From Selaginella moellendorffii (Eukaryota; Plantae; Lycopodiophyta): a stretch of 64,000 nucleotides of DNA. The translations under genes and the position numbers were made by a program. Positions 46,960 through 59,132 of this stretch are shown piece after piece. A model generated the notes under the pieces. The model was not told the DNA's origin, searched no databases, and saw only the letters and a program-made list of their open reading frames with translations. Each line of letters opens with the position of its first letter. The first letter of the stretch is position 1. The stretch spans positions 2,546,908-2,610,907 of the forward strand of contig NW_003314275.1 in NCBI RefSeq assembly GCF_000143415.4. The letters are read 5' to 3'.

Positions 46960-47900
46960 TGTGCCGTTAGGCGGTGAAGAAACCAGCCAAGAGTGTTTGT
47001 CTCTGGCATCGATCATCCTTCTGTTCTTGAGCAACGCCACGAGCATGGCATTGCACGGCGGGCATGGCGTCAAATGTCTCTCACGACAGCCAAATAACTT
47101 GGGCATACGCGTTAATAATCGCTGTCCACGATGAGGATCTCTCGAGCATCCGATCGAACAGGTCTTTTGTTCGATCTAGCTCCTATTCCTGGGCGAATCC
47201 CGCAAGCTTCGCGTTCCACGATGTCACATTCCTCCGATCCATCGCCTCAAAGGCCTTGCACAGATGCCGGTTCTGGGCATACGTCGAGATGAGGATGCTC
47301 CAGGAGAGAAGGTTGGGTGACGCCATACCCGGCGAGTTTCCTTTTCGCTGCTACAGCACGGGAACGCATCGATCACGCGGCAGCAGATCCGGCGAAGAAC
47401 CAACATGGTCGCCTGCAGGCGCCTGGCAAGCTGCAGATCCGAGCAAGCTCCCCCGTCAGTGATCCTCGCAATCCCCCCCCCCCCCATTGATCGTCCAAGT
47501 TTCTAAAACCTCCTGTGACGTTGAGGAGAACTCGATCGATGACCAGGATCTCTCGGGTGGCAGGCGTCGTTGGCGCTGGTATAGGAGATTGCCGAGTAAG
47601 TTCTGTGGCGGTGCTGAGTCTGATGGATCCGGCCGTTGCTACGTCTTCAATCGCATCCTGAGATCCAATTGATTCTCTTGGAACATTATGATGCTGGCGA
47701 GACATCTCGGTCACATTGACAGGCTCTTGCCCGCAATCTAGACTACTCAAACGCGATGTTCGCAGCATATGCCACGAATGGGCATTTTTATTTTATGGAG
47801 ACAATATTGCGATGAATACAGATCGGGAACGTTATGTCATGGAACATACTCTTGTTTTTCTATGCAGAACATGATGATCCAATATATGGAAAGAAGATCT
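46960..47900. pseudogene. Fragmented PPR pseudogene(s)
   Basis: Minus-strand remnants SWTAIINAYAQ and SWSILISTYAQNRHL; plus-strand remnants ARYVFNRI...SWNIM and AAYATNGH. Many frameshifts. Confidence 0.65.
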
Positions 47901-48371
47901 TTCACGAGGTGCAACTTAACTAGATGGTGTGCCTCGGCCTCGGGTATTTGTAGAGGGTTGACGTGCTCTTCGATTGGATAATGACGGGGCTTCTTGATTG
48001 TTGCGGTCCAAGGGGACCGAGCTCGGCCGGGCATAGAGGCTCTTCCAGAGGATGTCGCTGAGGAACGCGGGCCGCGATGCTTCACGCGCCGGAAATCTCA
48101 CTGCTCCACCAGATGCCGCAGCAAGAGGCGGAGCTTGTCCTGGCCCTGATCGCGGCATACCCAAATTCCAGGCGACCTCTGCCAACATTCCAGAGAGATT
48201 CCAAGATTTTTGAATGAAATGTCGTTGGTGATCCAGTCTCTTTTGGTAGAAAGAGTTTGTTTGAGCTACTACTTGAAGTTTCGTGTTGGAACTTCTCGTT
48301 TTATAAATAGCTCCCAGTCAATCACAACGCATACAATCTCCACAACTCAAACTCCATCCATCCATTCCAAC

Positions 48372-48724
48372 ATGTCACAGTTTATTATCTCGTTACTCTT
48401 TGCTCTTGTAGCACTCGCAGGGACGCTGTAAGCTCTTCATTAGAACTGTAGCTAATCAAAGTTTTTGCAACAAGACCTCAGAGGCTAGAAGTGGCACAAC
48501 ATTGACTGCCAAACCCAATGGCCAGCTCCAAAGGAGTAGCATCAACTACTTCAGCAACAATGGAAGCAGTTCAACTATGGCAGAAACTTTGCTGCTTCAT
48601 GCCAGAACATAGTCATCACCATCCTCCAGCATCCATCACTATGGAGGTGGCCAGTATCATACATCAGTTCTCAATAACAAGTGTGTACAATGGATTCCTC
48701 CAGTGTTGTATTTGCAAGTGATAA
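48372..48724 (+). pseudogene. CVNH pseudogene 2 with signal peptide
   Basis: TATA (tataaata) near 48302; MSQFIISLLFALVALAGTL* (premature stop); SGTTLTA-KPNGQLQRSSIN..FSNNG...YGRNFAASCQNIVI...GGGQYHTSVLN. Colinear with copy 1. Confidence 0.72.
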
Positions 48725-48844
48725 GTTTCAAGTAAATTGGTTGTTTCACACTGTTCATCCTTTCCAATATCAACCCTAGATTCCAAGAACATTCGGCAGA
48801 GAAAATTTCAAATATGAAAACACAACGGTCCTCTTTGCCTTTCC

Positions 48845-51185
48845 TCATGAGATGTAATCGAAGTACTTGGGATCCGAGGGGAAATCGTACTCCACTTTCA
48901 TCTGCAACGTTTCCAGATCCAAATGACCAATCAATCAATCGATCACGCATTGTCAAAGCCTCTAAACTCACCTTGCCTTCGTCCGAGTCGGACTGCCTCT
49001 GGGGGAAAACAACGCGCAAGTCGCCGTAGAGGTAGAACCTCCGCTTGTCCGCCGCCGCCGCTGCTGCCCCGGGCGTGCTTGGCTTCCTCGCCCTCGCCTC
49101 CTCTTCCTCCTCCGCGTTCTCTTCTAGCTCCCGCTTCTTGAGGGGCGCACACATGAATCTCATGTGAAGCGCGTACCGCAACACCGTTCCGGAGCTCTCC
49201 TCGAGCCTGGAAGCTTTGTCCTGCTGCTGCTGGAACAGAATCTCTCTTGCTTTTTCCTGCTGCTGCTCCCGGAATGAAATCTCTCTTGCTTTTGCCTGCT
49301 GTTGCTGCTGCTGCTGCTGGAATGAAATCTCTCTTCCTTTCTCCTCATCCTGCTGCTGCTGGTGCGGCTTATTCTCTGTCGACTGTACAAATCTCTCCTT
49401 CCCCGTGTTATTTTTTATGCTGCTGCCACTACTGCCGCTAATGATTCCTATCCTGTCCTCTACGCCTCCCAAATCGTTTGTGCCTTTCTTGTCCTCCTGC
49501 CTATCCCCACTACTCCCCTTAAATAGTCTGCGGCCACACGATATGTAGTCCCTCGTGACGCTTCGAGGCTTGCTGAGACTTCCCACAGTGGATGCTAACG
49601 ACAGCTTTTGCCGCATGAACGTCTACACAAGGCCAACCAAGAGCACATAAGCGCTAGAGCCTGGAGAAAAAAGTCACGCATAGACAGACCTTGGTTCCTG
49701 GTGGCATATCTGTCAAGTCATAGCTGCAGATGAATGTATGTACAGGGGTCTTTTCTGGATTGCTCACCACCTACAACCAATAGAGCCCTTGAGAAAACTA
49801 GGACACCTCAACGAATAAACACTTTACCAGTTGCACTCGGCCCCGGATTGGAACTCTGAAGCGGGACCCCTTCCATGCACGCGTCTCCTCTTTTATACAA
49901 GTGTTTGCCTGCTGCGCTTTGGCTTTGGAGTGGATGATGTCAATAGAAGCGTAGTATAGCAAGCAACTGTCGCCGTCTATACACGAAACCGAGAACGGGA
50001 GCTTGCGCATCTGGGGAGACCAGCTACCGCCCGATACACTCAGCAGCGCTAGGAAACCATCCAGTTTCTGCAATCCATTGTCAGAAAACACTAGGCCAGT
50101 AAAGAAGTAAAAAGGAAAAGACGAACCTGACAAGACTTTCCAGCTAGAAAACGTCCAGACAGCAAAGACTCCTCAAAAGAACCAACCAGAGATCTTCTCG
50201 TCGGCAAACCATTCTTTAAGCAAGTTCCCAAACCTGCGTCGTGGAGCGCGAGCTTGTCATCTCTAAACTCGTAGTCATCGTCCAGGGACATGCTTCGTAT
50301 TTGCAGCCGGTTTGATATCGCTGCCGGATCCCACATCTCCGTCTTGGTACCAGGATACCTCCGGCCGAGCGGTGACAGTGTGAGCATCTGAGCCACAGTT
50401 TTCTTCTTGGTCGGCGACTCCCAGCTCTTGTTGTTGATGGTGGTGATGGTTGTCTCTTGATTCTTAGTGCTCGAGCAAACATCGATGGAGAACTTCAGGC
50501 CTTGTTGGACGTCGCAAGCCCCGGGAATTGGAACGGGCGTGCTCACGCCAACTCTCCTGGAGAACTCGTATACGCATTCGTTCTTCACCTTGCATGGAAG
50601 CGCAAGAGCCTGCTCCTGTTCTTCCGGAGGAGCAACGCTCGTATTCTTCTTGACAGCGCTCGCGGTGTTGTCATCATCGGACGTGTAGTGGAGCAAGCCA
50701 TCGTTATTTGGATCCGACAAGATGTCCGCGAGTGGAGAGATCTTCCTCCTGTTATTGTTCGTGGTGGTGCTGCGGCTGGTGAAAATTCCACCATCTTTCT
50801 CTGCCGTCTCTCGAAATCCTTGCTCTTGGGCCGGAGGAGACTCAAATCCCACGATCACTTTGCTGCTGGAATTGAATGTACCACGGATCGTCGTCGTCGC
50901 TGCTGCTGCTGCCGGGGAGAGCTTCTTAGAACCGAAACTTGTGGGCGATAGTGGCGGCGGTGGATACTCCCACACGCCACCACCATTGCCACCATTCTTC
51001 CCACCGGAATTGCTAGCTCTGGCCTTGGAATCCAGGAAATCCCCGTGCTTCCTCTTCATCTCATCCTCCGGCTTGAGCTGGACCCTCTTTCCCTGGCGCG
51101 AGAAAGATCTACGCGAATTGCTGGTATTGCCCGCTACGTGATGCTCCTTTTCTTCTTCCTCAATATTAGGACGCAGCAAACCCAT
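48845..51185 (-). CDS. ATOS/FAM214-like protein (DUF4210 plus C-terminal domain)
   Basis: [110 protein letters not shown]. Confidence 0.9.
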
Positions 51186-51870
51186 CTCTCAAGCCAGTTT
51201 GTTCTTCTTGCGAAAGAAGCTAAGCTCCGCTGCGCAACCTAATCGGAGAAAGAAGAGATTACCTCGTCCATCGCTATGAGAATCCCGATTCGCGTTTGTC
51301 GATTCGCAAATCCGTCATTGCCGATCCGCAGGGGAAGAAAGGGGAAAGAAAGAATTCCCAAAGAAGATCGCTCGCTCCCTATCTAGCCAATTGCGGCTGC
51401 CTCAATCCGCGATGCGTTGCGCGGAAGGGCGATCGCGCATCGAGCATCGCGGGTCGGCGCGGCGGAGCGCCCTCGCTCTCTCTGGCCTAGGGCACCCACG
51501 AATGATGATGGGGAATTTGGTGATATGGGCATGGGCATGGGCAGGGACACAAAGAACACACACTTTTGTGGCGTGGCTTTCAATTTTATTCTCATCTCTC
51601 ATGGATTTTCTTTAACAAAACCGATTGGATTTTTTTTTTCTATGACAAGGTTAAAAGAGTGATCGATCGCTAGAAGAAAATTTGTTCCAAGCTGCTAAGC
51701 ACGAAAGAAGATCATTGATGCTCCTCCCACGATGGTGGAATTATTTTTATTTTTCTTCTCGCGCGAGACTTTGGTTGCGCGACGAAAATTTGAGTAGAAG
51801 TCATACGCTTTGCCTGAGCACACATAAAGATGGCGCTTGTCAAACCAGGGAAGCGTTCTTCTACCTTGAG

Positions 51871-52863
51871 TTACGCGGTGATGCGGTAGACTCTGGAGCC
51901 GAGATCCTCGACTTGGAAGCCGGCGTTCCCACAGTCGGCGAAGAACAGTGCCTCGTCCTCTTTTGGAATTCGTCGTCGCCAGCTCATGACAAAGCATGGC
52001 TTCCTCGAGAGTGGGAGCTTCCGTGAATCTCGATCACTGGCTAGTAGAAACTTGAGCGTTTTGACGAGATTCGGGTACTGCTTGACATCTGCCAGGATTG
52101 ATAGAGGAATAAGAAAAAGAAAATGTTTAAGACGTACACAAGAGAATGTCGCTGGCGATGACCAAGTCCCACGCCGGAGCATCTGCAGGAAATCGTTCGC
52201 CCCACGTATCTGAGCAAAGAGAAGTTCATGAGAAATACTTCGAAGAAAAAACTAAAAAACAATCAATCTAGCGAGTCAAGCTTTGGAGACTCTCGAAGAC
52301 TTACGGCGGATATGAGGGATTGGAGCCATGCCATTGAGCTTACAATTGTGCGCAATGTTCGCTTCGATCTCCTCGTCGTCGTAGTCACAAGTTGTGATGT
52401 CCACCGCGAGTGACTTCTTCAAGAAAATCGCGAGAGCTCCAGTTCCACTGTTACAGACTGCGGGTGTCACAGACTCCGCGAGGAACACGAGAGTAGAGTA
52501 CCTTCCAAGCTCGAGCACCCGACTGCCCTTGACAAGTTCCCTGTGCTCCACGAGCCACTGCGCAAAAATCGTCGAGCCGGGCCAAAGCAGATTCGCATTG
52601 ACTTGGTGGAACATAAACTCACGAACTTTGAGCGTCTGAAAAGAGATCCATTCAAGTCAAAACGAAAGATGGTTTTTTTCTTCAAAATAGAGCTCGAAAA
52701 AATACCATCTCTGGAAACGAATGCTCTCTTTCGACAAATCCAGCATCAGCTGGGAAACAAGGAAAACAAATTAAGTCAGCACAAGATCACAACTAGAACC
52801 TGATTCTTCGCCATCGCTGTCTTCCCGAAAGAGATCTCCAGCGCAAACAAACGCTGGATCCAT
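51871..52863 (-). CDS. METTL21/EEF1AKMT-like lysine methyltransferase (Methyltransf_16)
   Basis: FHQVNANLLWPG, VLELGSGTGALAIFL, ITTCDYDD, HTWGER, VKQYPNLVKTL, MSWRRRI, FQVEDLGSRVY. Confidence 0.9.
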
Positions 52864-52986
52864 TTGACCGCCTGGAAATCAAAGGCAAGGACCAAAGAAA
52901 AACCCTAGGAGGAACGATCAAGCAAAAGTATTGGAAATTCTTGGAAATCTGTGTTACAGGAGCAAAACACTCAAGATCCGGGGGAA

Positions 52987-53292
52987 TTAGGCGCTGGCGG
53001 ACTTGTAGTGGTAGAGCTTGCCTACCACATGAAGCGCCGTCACAAACCCTATGAAGCAGAGGCTCATCACGAGCACCATCGTCGGCGTGATCTTGAGCCC
53101 CGGCGCATCGTCTGTGTAGAACCTAAGCATATTTCCGCCGCTGCCCCCAAATCCTCCACTCCCGGACGAAGCGCGCCTCCGCCGGAGCCCCGATGCGTTG
53201 CCGGCAGCTCCGCGGGGGCCCGATCCGGCGCCTCCACGGCCAGCGGCCACCACCGATGCAGCTTGCTGACTCTGCGACGCGCCTTTGGCCAT
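52987..53292 (-). CDS. SEC61B: Protein transport protein Sec61 subunit beta
   Basis: LRRRR...[38 protein letters not shown]. Confidence 0.97.
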   Translation of the reverse strand: MAKGASQSQQAASVVAAGRGGAGSGPRGAAGNASGLRRRRASSGSGGFGGSGGNMLRFYTDDAPGLKITPTMVLVMSLCFIGFVTALHVVGKLYHYKSASA

Positions 53293-53413
53293 TGCTCTGT
53301 TCTGAAGAACCCTAAGTTTGTAAGGAACCCTATAACCAGTTTATAGAACTTTAAGCCACGTGGCGATAAAGGAATCTGGCATCTTTTGCCGTTTGAGAAA
53401 GCCCTAGGAAGGA
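53293..53413. promoter_or_regulatory. 121-bp bidirectional spacer with perfect G-box
   Basis: gccacgtggc at 53355-53364 and aacccta motifs, between divergent ATGs. Confidence 0.6.
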
Positions 53414-54370
53414 ATGCTAGCGAGAATTTCCCAGTGGGTCGCCAAGGCCAGTGGCGGCAGGAGCGTGGCGTGGATTGTGAAGCTCAATGGCGGCAAGGAG
53501 CTCATCGGGCGGGACGATGGCGGGAACACGTATTTCCGGAAGCCTTTCGTCAATGATCTAGGCGTTTGTGAGTAGAAAATTTTCGGTTTTTCCAGTGTTT
53601 TCGAGCGAATTTTTGATCTGGGAATCGTTGCTTCTAGCAACAGAGAAGCGGTGGATGGAGTTTGCAGGCGATCCAGATCCCACAACCGTGCCGGGTATTT
53701 TTAACTTCTAGATTTTCTTGTTTGTTCTTCCTTCTCAAAGTTTCTCTAGTCGAGTGGAGTAGATGGCTGACTTACACGAGAAAGGATGCGCCGACGCCAC
53801 AGGCAAGAAAGATTTTTTTTTCTTCACTTGAGATGATAATTCCTTTTTTCTTGTTTTGTAGGAGTTAGTGGACAAAGCTTTGTATCGCAAGAATGTGAAG
53901 ATCAAGGCAGCATGTAATGTTGTGTGAAAAATGGTTTTCACTTTAACACAGGATCGATTGCGCAGTAATACAGAAGGAGGAAGAGAAGCGAATTTTCAGA
54001 GCCAAGAGCTTGAAGAAGGAAGGAGGTATGTTTGCTGGGTTTTTCTTCTTCCAAAAGTCTCTCAGAGATTTAAATCTTGTAATGCAGTCGATATGAGTCC
54101 CCAGACTATGGAAAGGTTTCTACGTCAGGTTTCATCGCAGGGTAAATGCTTTCCTCTATGTCTATTGTTTTTCCTGTCCTTCTGTAACATAGCTTAAGTA
54201 ATTCTTAGATGAAAAGAGCCAAGATACCAGTGATTGGAGCCCGGTAGATTCTTCAAGGTACCAATTCAATATTGCACTTGCCTTGTAAAGAACTCACTCC
54301 TTGATTTGGTAGTTCAACGGAGCCTTCAGGCACAGGCGACACTTTTGTGCCAGGGAAATGGCGACCTTAA
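53414..54370 (+). CDS. NDUFA12/NDUFAF2 (mimitin)-family complex I assembly factor
   Basis: LIGRDDGGNTYF, EKRWMEF, TVPVEWSRWLTYTRKDAPTPQE, C-terminal EPSGTGDTFVPGKWRP*. Confidence 0.85.
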
Positions 54371-55599
54371 ATTAGTTTGGAATAACTAATAGATTTAACT
54401 AGCAGGGCTCCCAGCTCCGCTGGGAAAAGTAAAGATGAAAATATGTTGTTATATATACTTTGGAGCAGAACAACATGTAAGTCTGAAAAAAATAAAAGAG
54501 ATAGCCATGTCTAAAAAAGTGTTAATAGTCATTTACAACTTTTGATGTTACAAGTTAGTGATAGTAATTTTGTAGGTACATGATGCAAGTGCTAAGAACT
54601 TGCATCCACTCTTGCCATATAGAAGAGGGGAAGAATTACTGGCAAAGATCTTGGGATTGTCCTTTTCTAAGGCTGATAGGCCATAGTTTATCACAAAAAA
54701 AAAATGGGAAGAGGGGAAAAGGAGGAAATATAGTAGTGTTGCCATTACTTCTCTCCTTGCATCCTCCCCACTGCTAGCAAGTCTTCTAGCAATTTATCCA
54801 ATGATAATGAGCTTTGCCATGAGTGGCTAAGTTGATTAAGCATAACTTCAAAACCGAAAGAAAGAGTATAATGGTACTTCAAGAATTCATTGTTGCCACC
54901 AAATTTGATAGTAAAAAGTGGATGTTTGTATACTGCTCATTCAAAATTTATGTTTGTTTCTATTGTGATGAACATTTAACACGTGACTCATTCAAAATGT
55001 CTGCCAGGAAGTAATGCTTTGAGTCATAAAACAAATTCCCATAAATATGGAAATTCAACCACTATCATCTTCCAAATCTTATTTGTAAAATGTTGTAACT
55101 ACTCTTGCTTCATCACGACCAAAACCTAAAACACTTGAAAAAGAATGTAAAACACTAAATTACCAACATTTATCCTCTCTAGTTCAAAATTCTTTTGCAA
55201 GAAAATGACTAAAACAGTAAGGTTTACACACTTTCCATTTATTTTGTCACTAATTCTTCCACTCCTTGTCATTCGATGGCTAGTGATTGTAAGCCATCAA
55301 GAAGCACATGCAAGTAATGCAATCAGCTTGGAATCCTTCTCGTTACATCCTCCCAAAGTTTTTTCAAGCACATGGAGAGCATCTTGACAAGGTATGAATC
55401 TAAATGTCCTATCCAAGTCTGTCTCTATCTGAAAATCCTTCTTAGAAACACTTTTGACATGACTTGAACATTTTGGATGTACACAGTGTCCTCCTGTCTT
55501 AAGAAGCCAAGACAGGATTTTATGCAATGCAACATGCTCAAGGTACTTTGCTTTTGTCATCCAAGCTTTCTTTTCTCCCAAGGTTTAAAATTCTACTCT

Positions 55600-58500
55600 C
55601 TGCTAGGAAGTTTTCCTGACCCCTCCAAGATTCTAATCAAGAGACTCCTCAAGTTTCTAATCAACCATTTCCAGAGCATCTGCTCACAGCTATATAGAGC
55701 CTCTGCCCTCAGCTATACAGATATTTCTAGAGCCTTTTTGGTTCTTTTTTTTTTTTCTATTCTTGTTTTCATCTCTCATTTTCCAGGCATCTTCATCAAT
55801 TTGCCTAAAACTCAATGATGATTTTGATCTTGCCGCGAGCAACACTGGCAGGAATGTCACTGCTGGTGGACAACAGCAGCACCGACATGACCTGAAGCAT
55901 AGCAATCTCATTCTTTTCGTCACTTTCAGAGAGAAGCATAGAGACATCCAACAAGAATGCCAAACCTGGAGTGCCTCTACTTCATTCTGCCATGAACTAT
56001 CATGCTGCATAAGCTCCTTGCCATTAAAGCAATTCACAAAAACTAAGGGTTTCTCCATATTCGACCAGTCATAGCTGTACGTGCTATTTCGTCTTAGCAT
56101 GATGCTAGAGCCACCTCAAGCTCCTGTAAAATGGCTTCCACCAACACTCGGAGTAGGAGACACCCCTGATTGGCTTTTGCATGTCTTCAGTACATGCATC
56201 TGACAGCTTCCACCTCAATACAAATCACAGTCTCAAAAACAACCAATTCTTCGCCATTCAAACACATGAAGATGAGACTCAATCCCTAGGCAGGACAGAA
56301 AATGACAACTGGAATCGGAGTAAGCCCGGCAAGGATAATCAAAATAGCATACCTCACATGCGATATACATTTGTGCTGGCTTATATTGCATTGACAGCTT
56401 CCCATGTCATTGTTTCCAGATCAAAGATGTTGAGGTCATTGAGCAAACACATTGGAGTCTTCTCCACCAAACATGACTCCACTAAGCAGGATCCGATCAG
56501 TGAAACAGACTGGCCCCTCAAACAGCAAATGGTCAATCTCAGATTCGTGATACAGTATGTCACATTCACCGGAGCTTGTCCATATGTTGGAAAACGCAAC
56601 CAAATGAAAGCCTGCGTATCAAAAACATGAATTGGAGATAGAGAGCACTGAAGTGAGACACTGAAATGCATTATATTAACCTGAGATAGAGTCAAGGGTT
56701 TCTCAAGTGGCCACCAACAAACAGCATCCTGTTCTTCAGATTCTAAAAACACTCGGGAATATTGCAAGATGAAAGTATAAAGCTAAGAAATGACCGGCAC
56801 AGGGTGGGATCAGTGGCATGGACAAGGACAAAAGGAGACATTGGGAGCTTTTACTCAACTTTGGACCAGGTGGGTGTTCTTAAATTGAGCATCTATGGCA
56901 AAGGTGCAACATCAGATATTAGCAAAACACTACATACCTGGACATCGTTCCACCATTTGCTGATGGCAGCAAAGGGGATGGAGGAGAGTTGTTTATAGCA
57001 GGGATGTACTCCTGAAGGCTTGGATTTAAATCATTGTCTTGCATAGGCTGAAAGAATGCTGCAAAGGTTTAGTTCTAACACAAAAACGAACAAATATAAA
57101 GCCATTTCAACAATTCCCTCAACTTTTTCCCCTTGCGACTTGACTACCAGTCTGGATCCGCAAGTGAAACTGAAAGTCCTCATGTCAAAAGCATGAACTT
57201 GAGATAGAGAGTACTGAAGTGGATGGATCTCAAAGCTCCTCTACATTACATTAACCTGAGACAGAGTCGGGGGAGTTTTTTGAGTGGCCACCCACAACAA
57301 ACAGCATCCTGTCTCTAAACATTTTTGCTCTGTGAAGGCCGAATCCTCACCCCTGTATTTCCCATCCGGCCAGATTCCAAAGCCTATGCGATCCACAAAA
57401 GTTCTCCAGGATCTGGCTGTGAGGTGGAAGAAGCAACACATCCGCAAACTCCACGGCATCCTCCACAATCTCCTCAATCTTCTTTTCGAGGGCTTTCAAC
57501 TCTGCCTCACTGGCTAGTCTTTCTTCCAGCAAGTACTTCTTGAAAGGAGGGATGGGATTGCGAGCGGCATGCTTGCTCTTTTGCTCTGGGCAGAAAGAAA
57601 GAACAAAGTTTAGCTTCCAAAGAACCAGAAGAGAGCGAAGAACAAAGCAAGGCACTTACCAGGCTTGCAGAGCTCGTCCGGATCGGCGAGAGAATGACCT
57701 CTATATACCGATAAGTCTCACACTCCACTAATATCGGGCCGTCACCCTCCGAGCTCTCGCAATGGCTTCCTTGGCCACCTCGCTGACTTTGAGCACGTCC
57801 ATTCCATCAACGTAAACTCCATGCATACAAAAGCCTCTCTTTTCTTCCAGATCTCTGGCACTAATGTAGCTCGAAAGTGGTCCATGCCAATTGCCCAGAG
57901 GTTGTTCTCCACCACGTGGACAATCGAGGTAGACAGATACCAGAGGTGAAAACCATTCATTGCAAACATCAATCTCTCCATAATAGTGGAGCACTTGACA
58001 TAATTTTCTTCCATTTTCACCTCCGTGACAATCCCACCATTTGCTGATGGCAGCAAGAAGGATGGTTGAGAGTTGTTTACAGCAGGGATGTCCTCCTCCT
58101 GTCTTGCATAGGCTGAAAGAATGCTGCAAAGTTTTAGTTATAACACAAAAAAGATAAAATATAAAGCCATTTCACCAATTTCCTCAACTTTTTGCCCTTG
58201 CGACTTGACTACCAGTCTGGATCTTGTTCCTGCACGTGAAAGTGAAAGTCCCCGTGTCAAAATCATGAACTGGAGATAGAGAGCTCTGAAATGAGATGGA
58301 TCTCAAAGCTCCTCTGCATTACATTAACCTGATACAGAGTTGGGGAAGTTTTTTGAGTGGCCACCCACAACAAACAGTTATTAAAGAGCGAAAAGCTACA
58401 TACCTGGACATCGTTCACATAGTGGTTCCCTCCAATCATGAACATCTTATCATGTACAACCGCTGCTGCATGCTGCACACCAAGGTTTACAATGTAGTTT

Positions 58501-58880
58501 CACACAAAAAAAAAAGACAAACCTGATAGTGAGATGCTGATCTTCATCCAGATACCAGAGGTGAAAACCATTCGTTGCAAACATCAATCTCTCTATAATC
58601 GTGGAGCACTTGACATCACTTTCTTCCATGTTCATCTCCTTGGAAAGCCCACCATTTGCTGATGGCAGCAAGGGGGATGGAGGAAAGTTGTTTACAGCAG
58701 GGATGTACTCCTCCTGAAGGCTTGGATTTAAATCATTGTCTTGCATAGGCTGAAAGAAAGCTGCAAAGTTTTAGTTCTAACACAAAAATGAAAAAAATAT
58801 AAAGCCATTTCACCAATTTTCTCAGCTTTTCTCCCTGGCGACTTGACTACCAGTCTGGATCTTGTTCCTGCAAAGATAAA
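55600..58880 (-). pseudogene. Scrambled mosaic including kelch-repeat ACBP4/5-like fragments, partly triplicated
   Basis: QHAAAVVHDKMFMIGGNH..YVNDVQV, LRGQSVSLIGSCLV...LLNDLNIFDLETMTWEAV, coiled-coil tail. Repeated modules at about 56950, 58034 and 58649. Confidence 0.7.
57330..57930 (-). pseudogene. Plastid pyruvate dehydrogenase E1-alpha 3' fragment with retained intron
   Basis: VVENNLWAIGM, VDGMDVLKVSEVAKEAIARARR, ECETYRYRGHSLADPDEL, LEKKIEEIVEDAVEFAD. Frameshifted, with a gtaag...cag intron at about 57590-57660. Confidence 0.85.
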
Positions 58881-59066
58881 TAGATGGAAACTCTCAAAAA
58901 ACATTGAAATACTTACTTTCAAGGTTCTAAAGAAGAGCCGCATAGCTTCAGTCAATGGCCCACTTCTCCACTACGAGCGCAAGCCGTGAGAAGCAGCAAA
59001 TGGCTTGTCTCATCCGGGCACACAATCTTCATTTCCAAAACCTTGCTCCAACTAAAGGAAATATTA

Positions 59067-59082
59067 ACACACACACACACAC

Positions 59083-59126
<44 letters not shown>
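59067..59126. repeat. Compound (CA)n(GA)n microsatellite
   Basis: Read directly. Confidence 0.97.
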
Positions 59127-59132
<6 letters not shown>

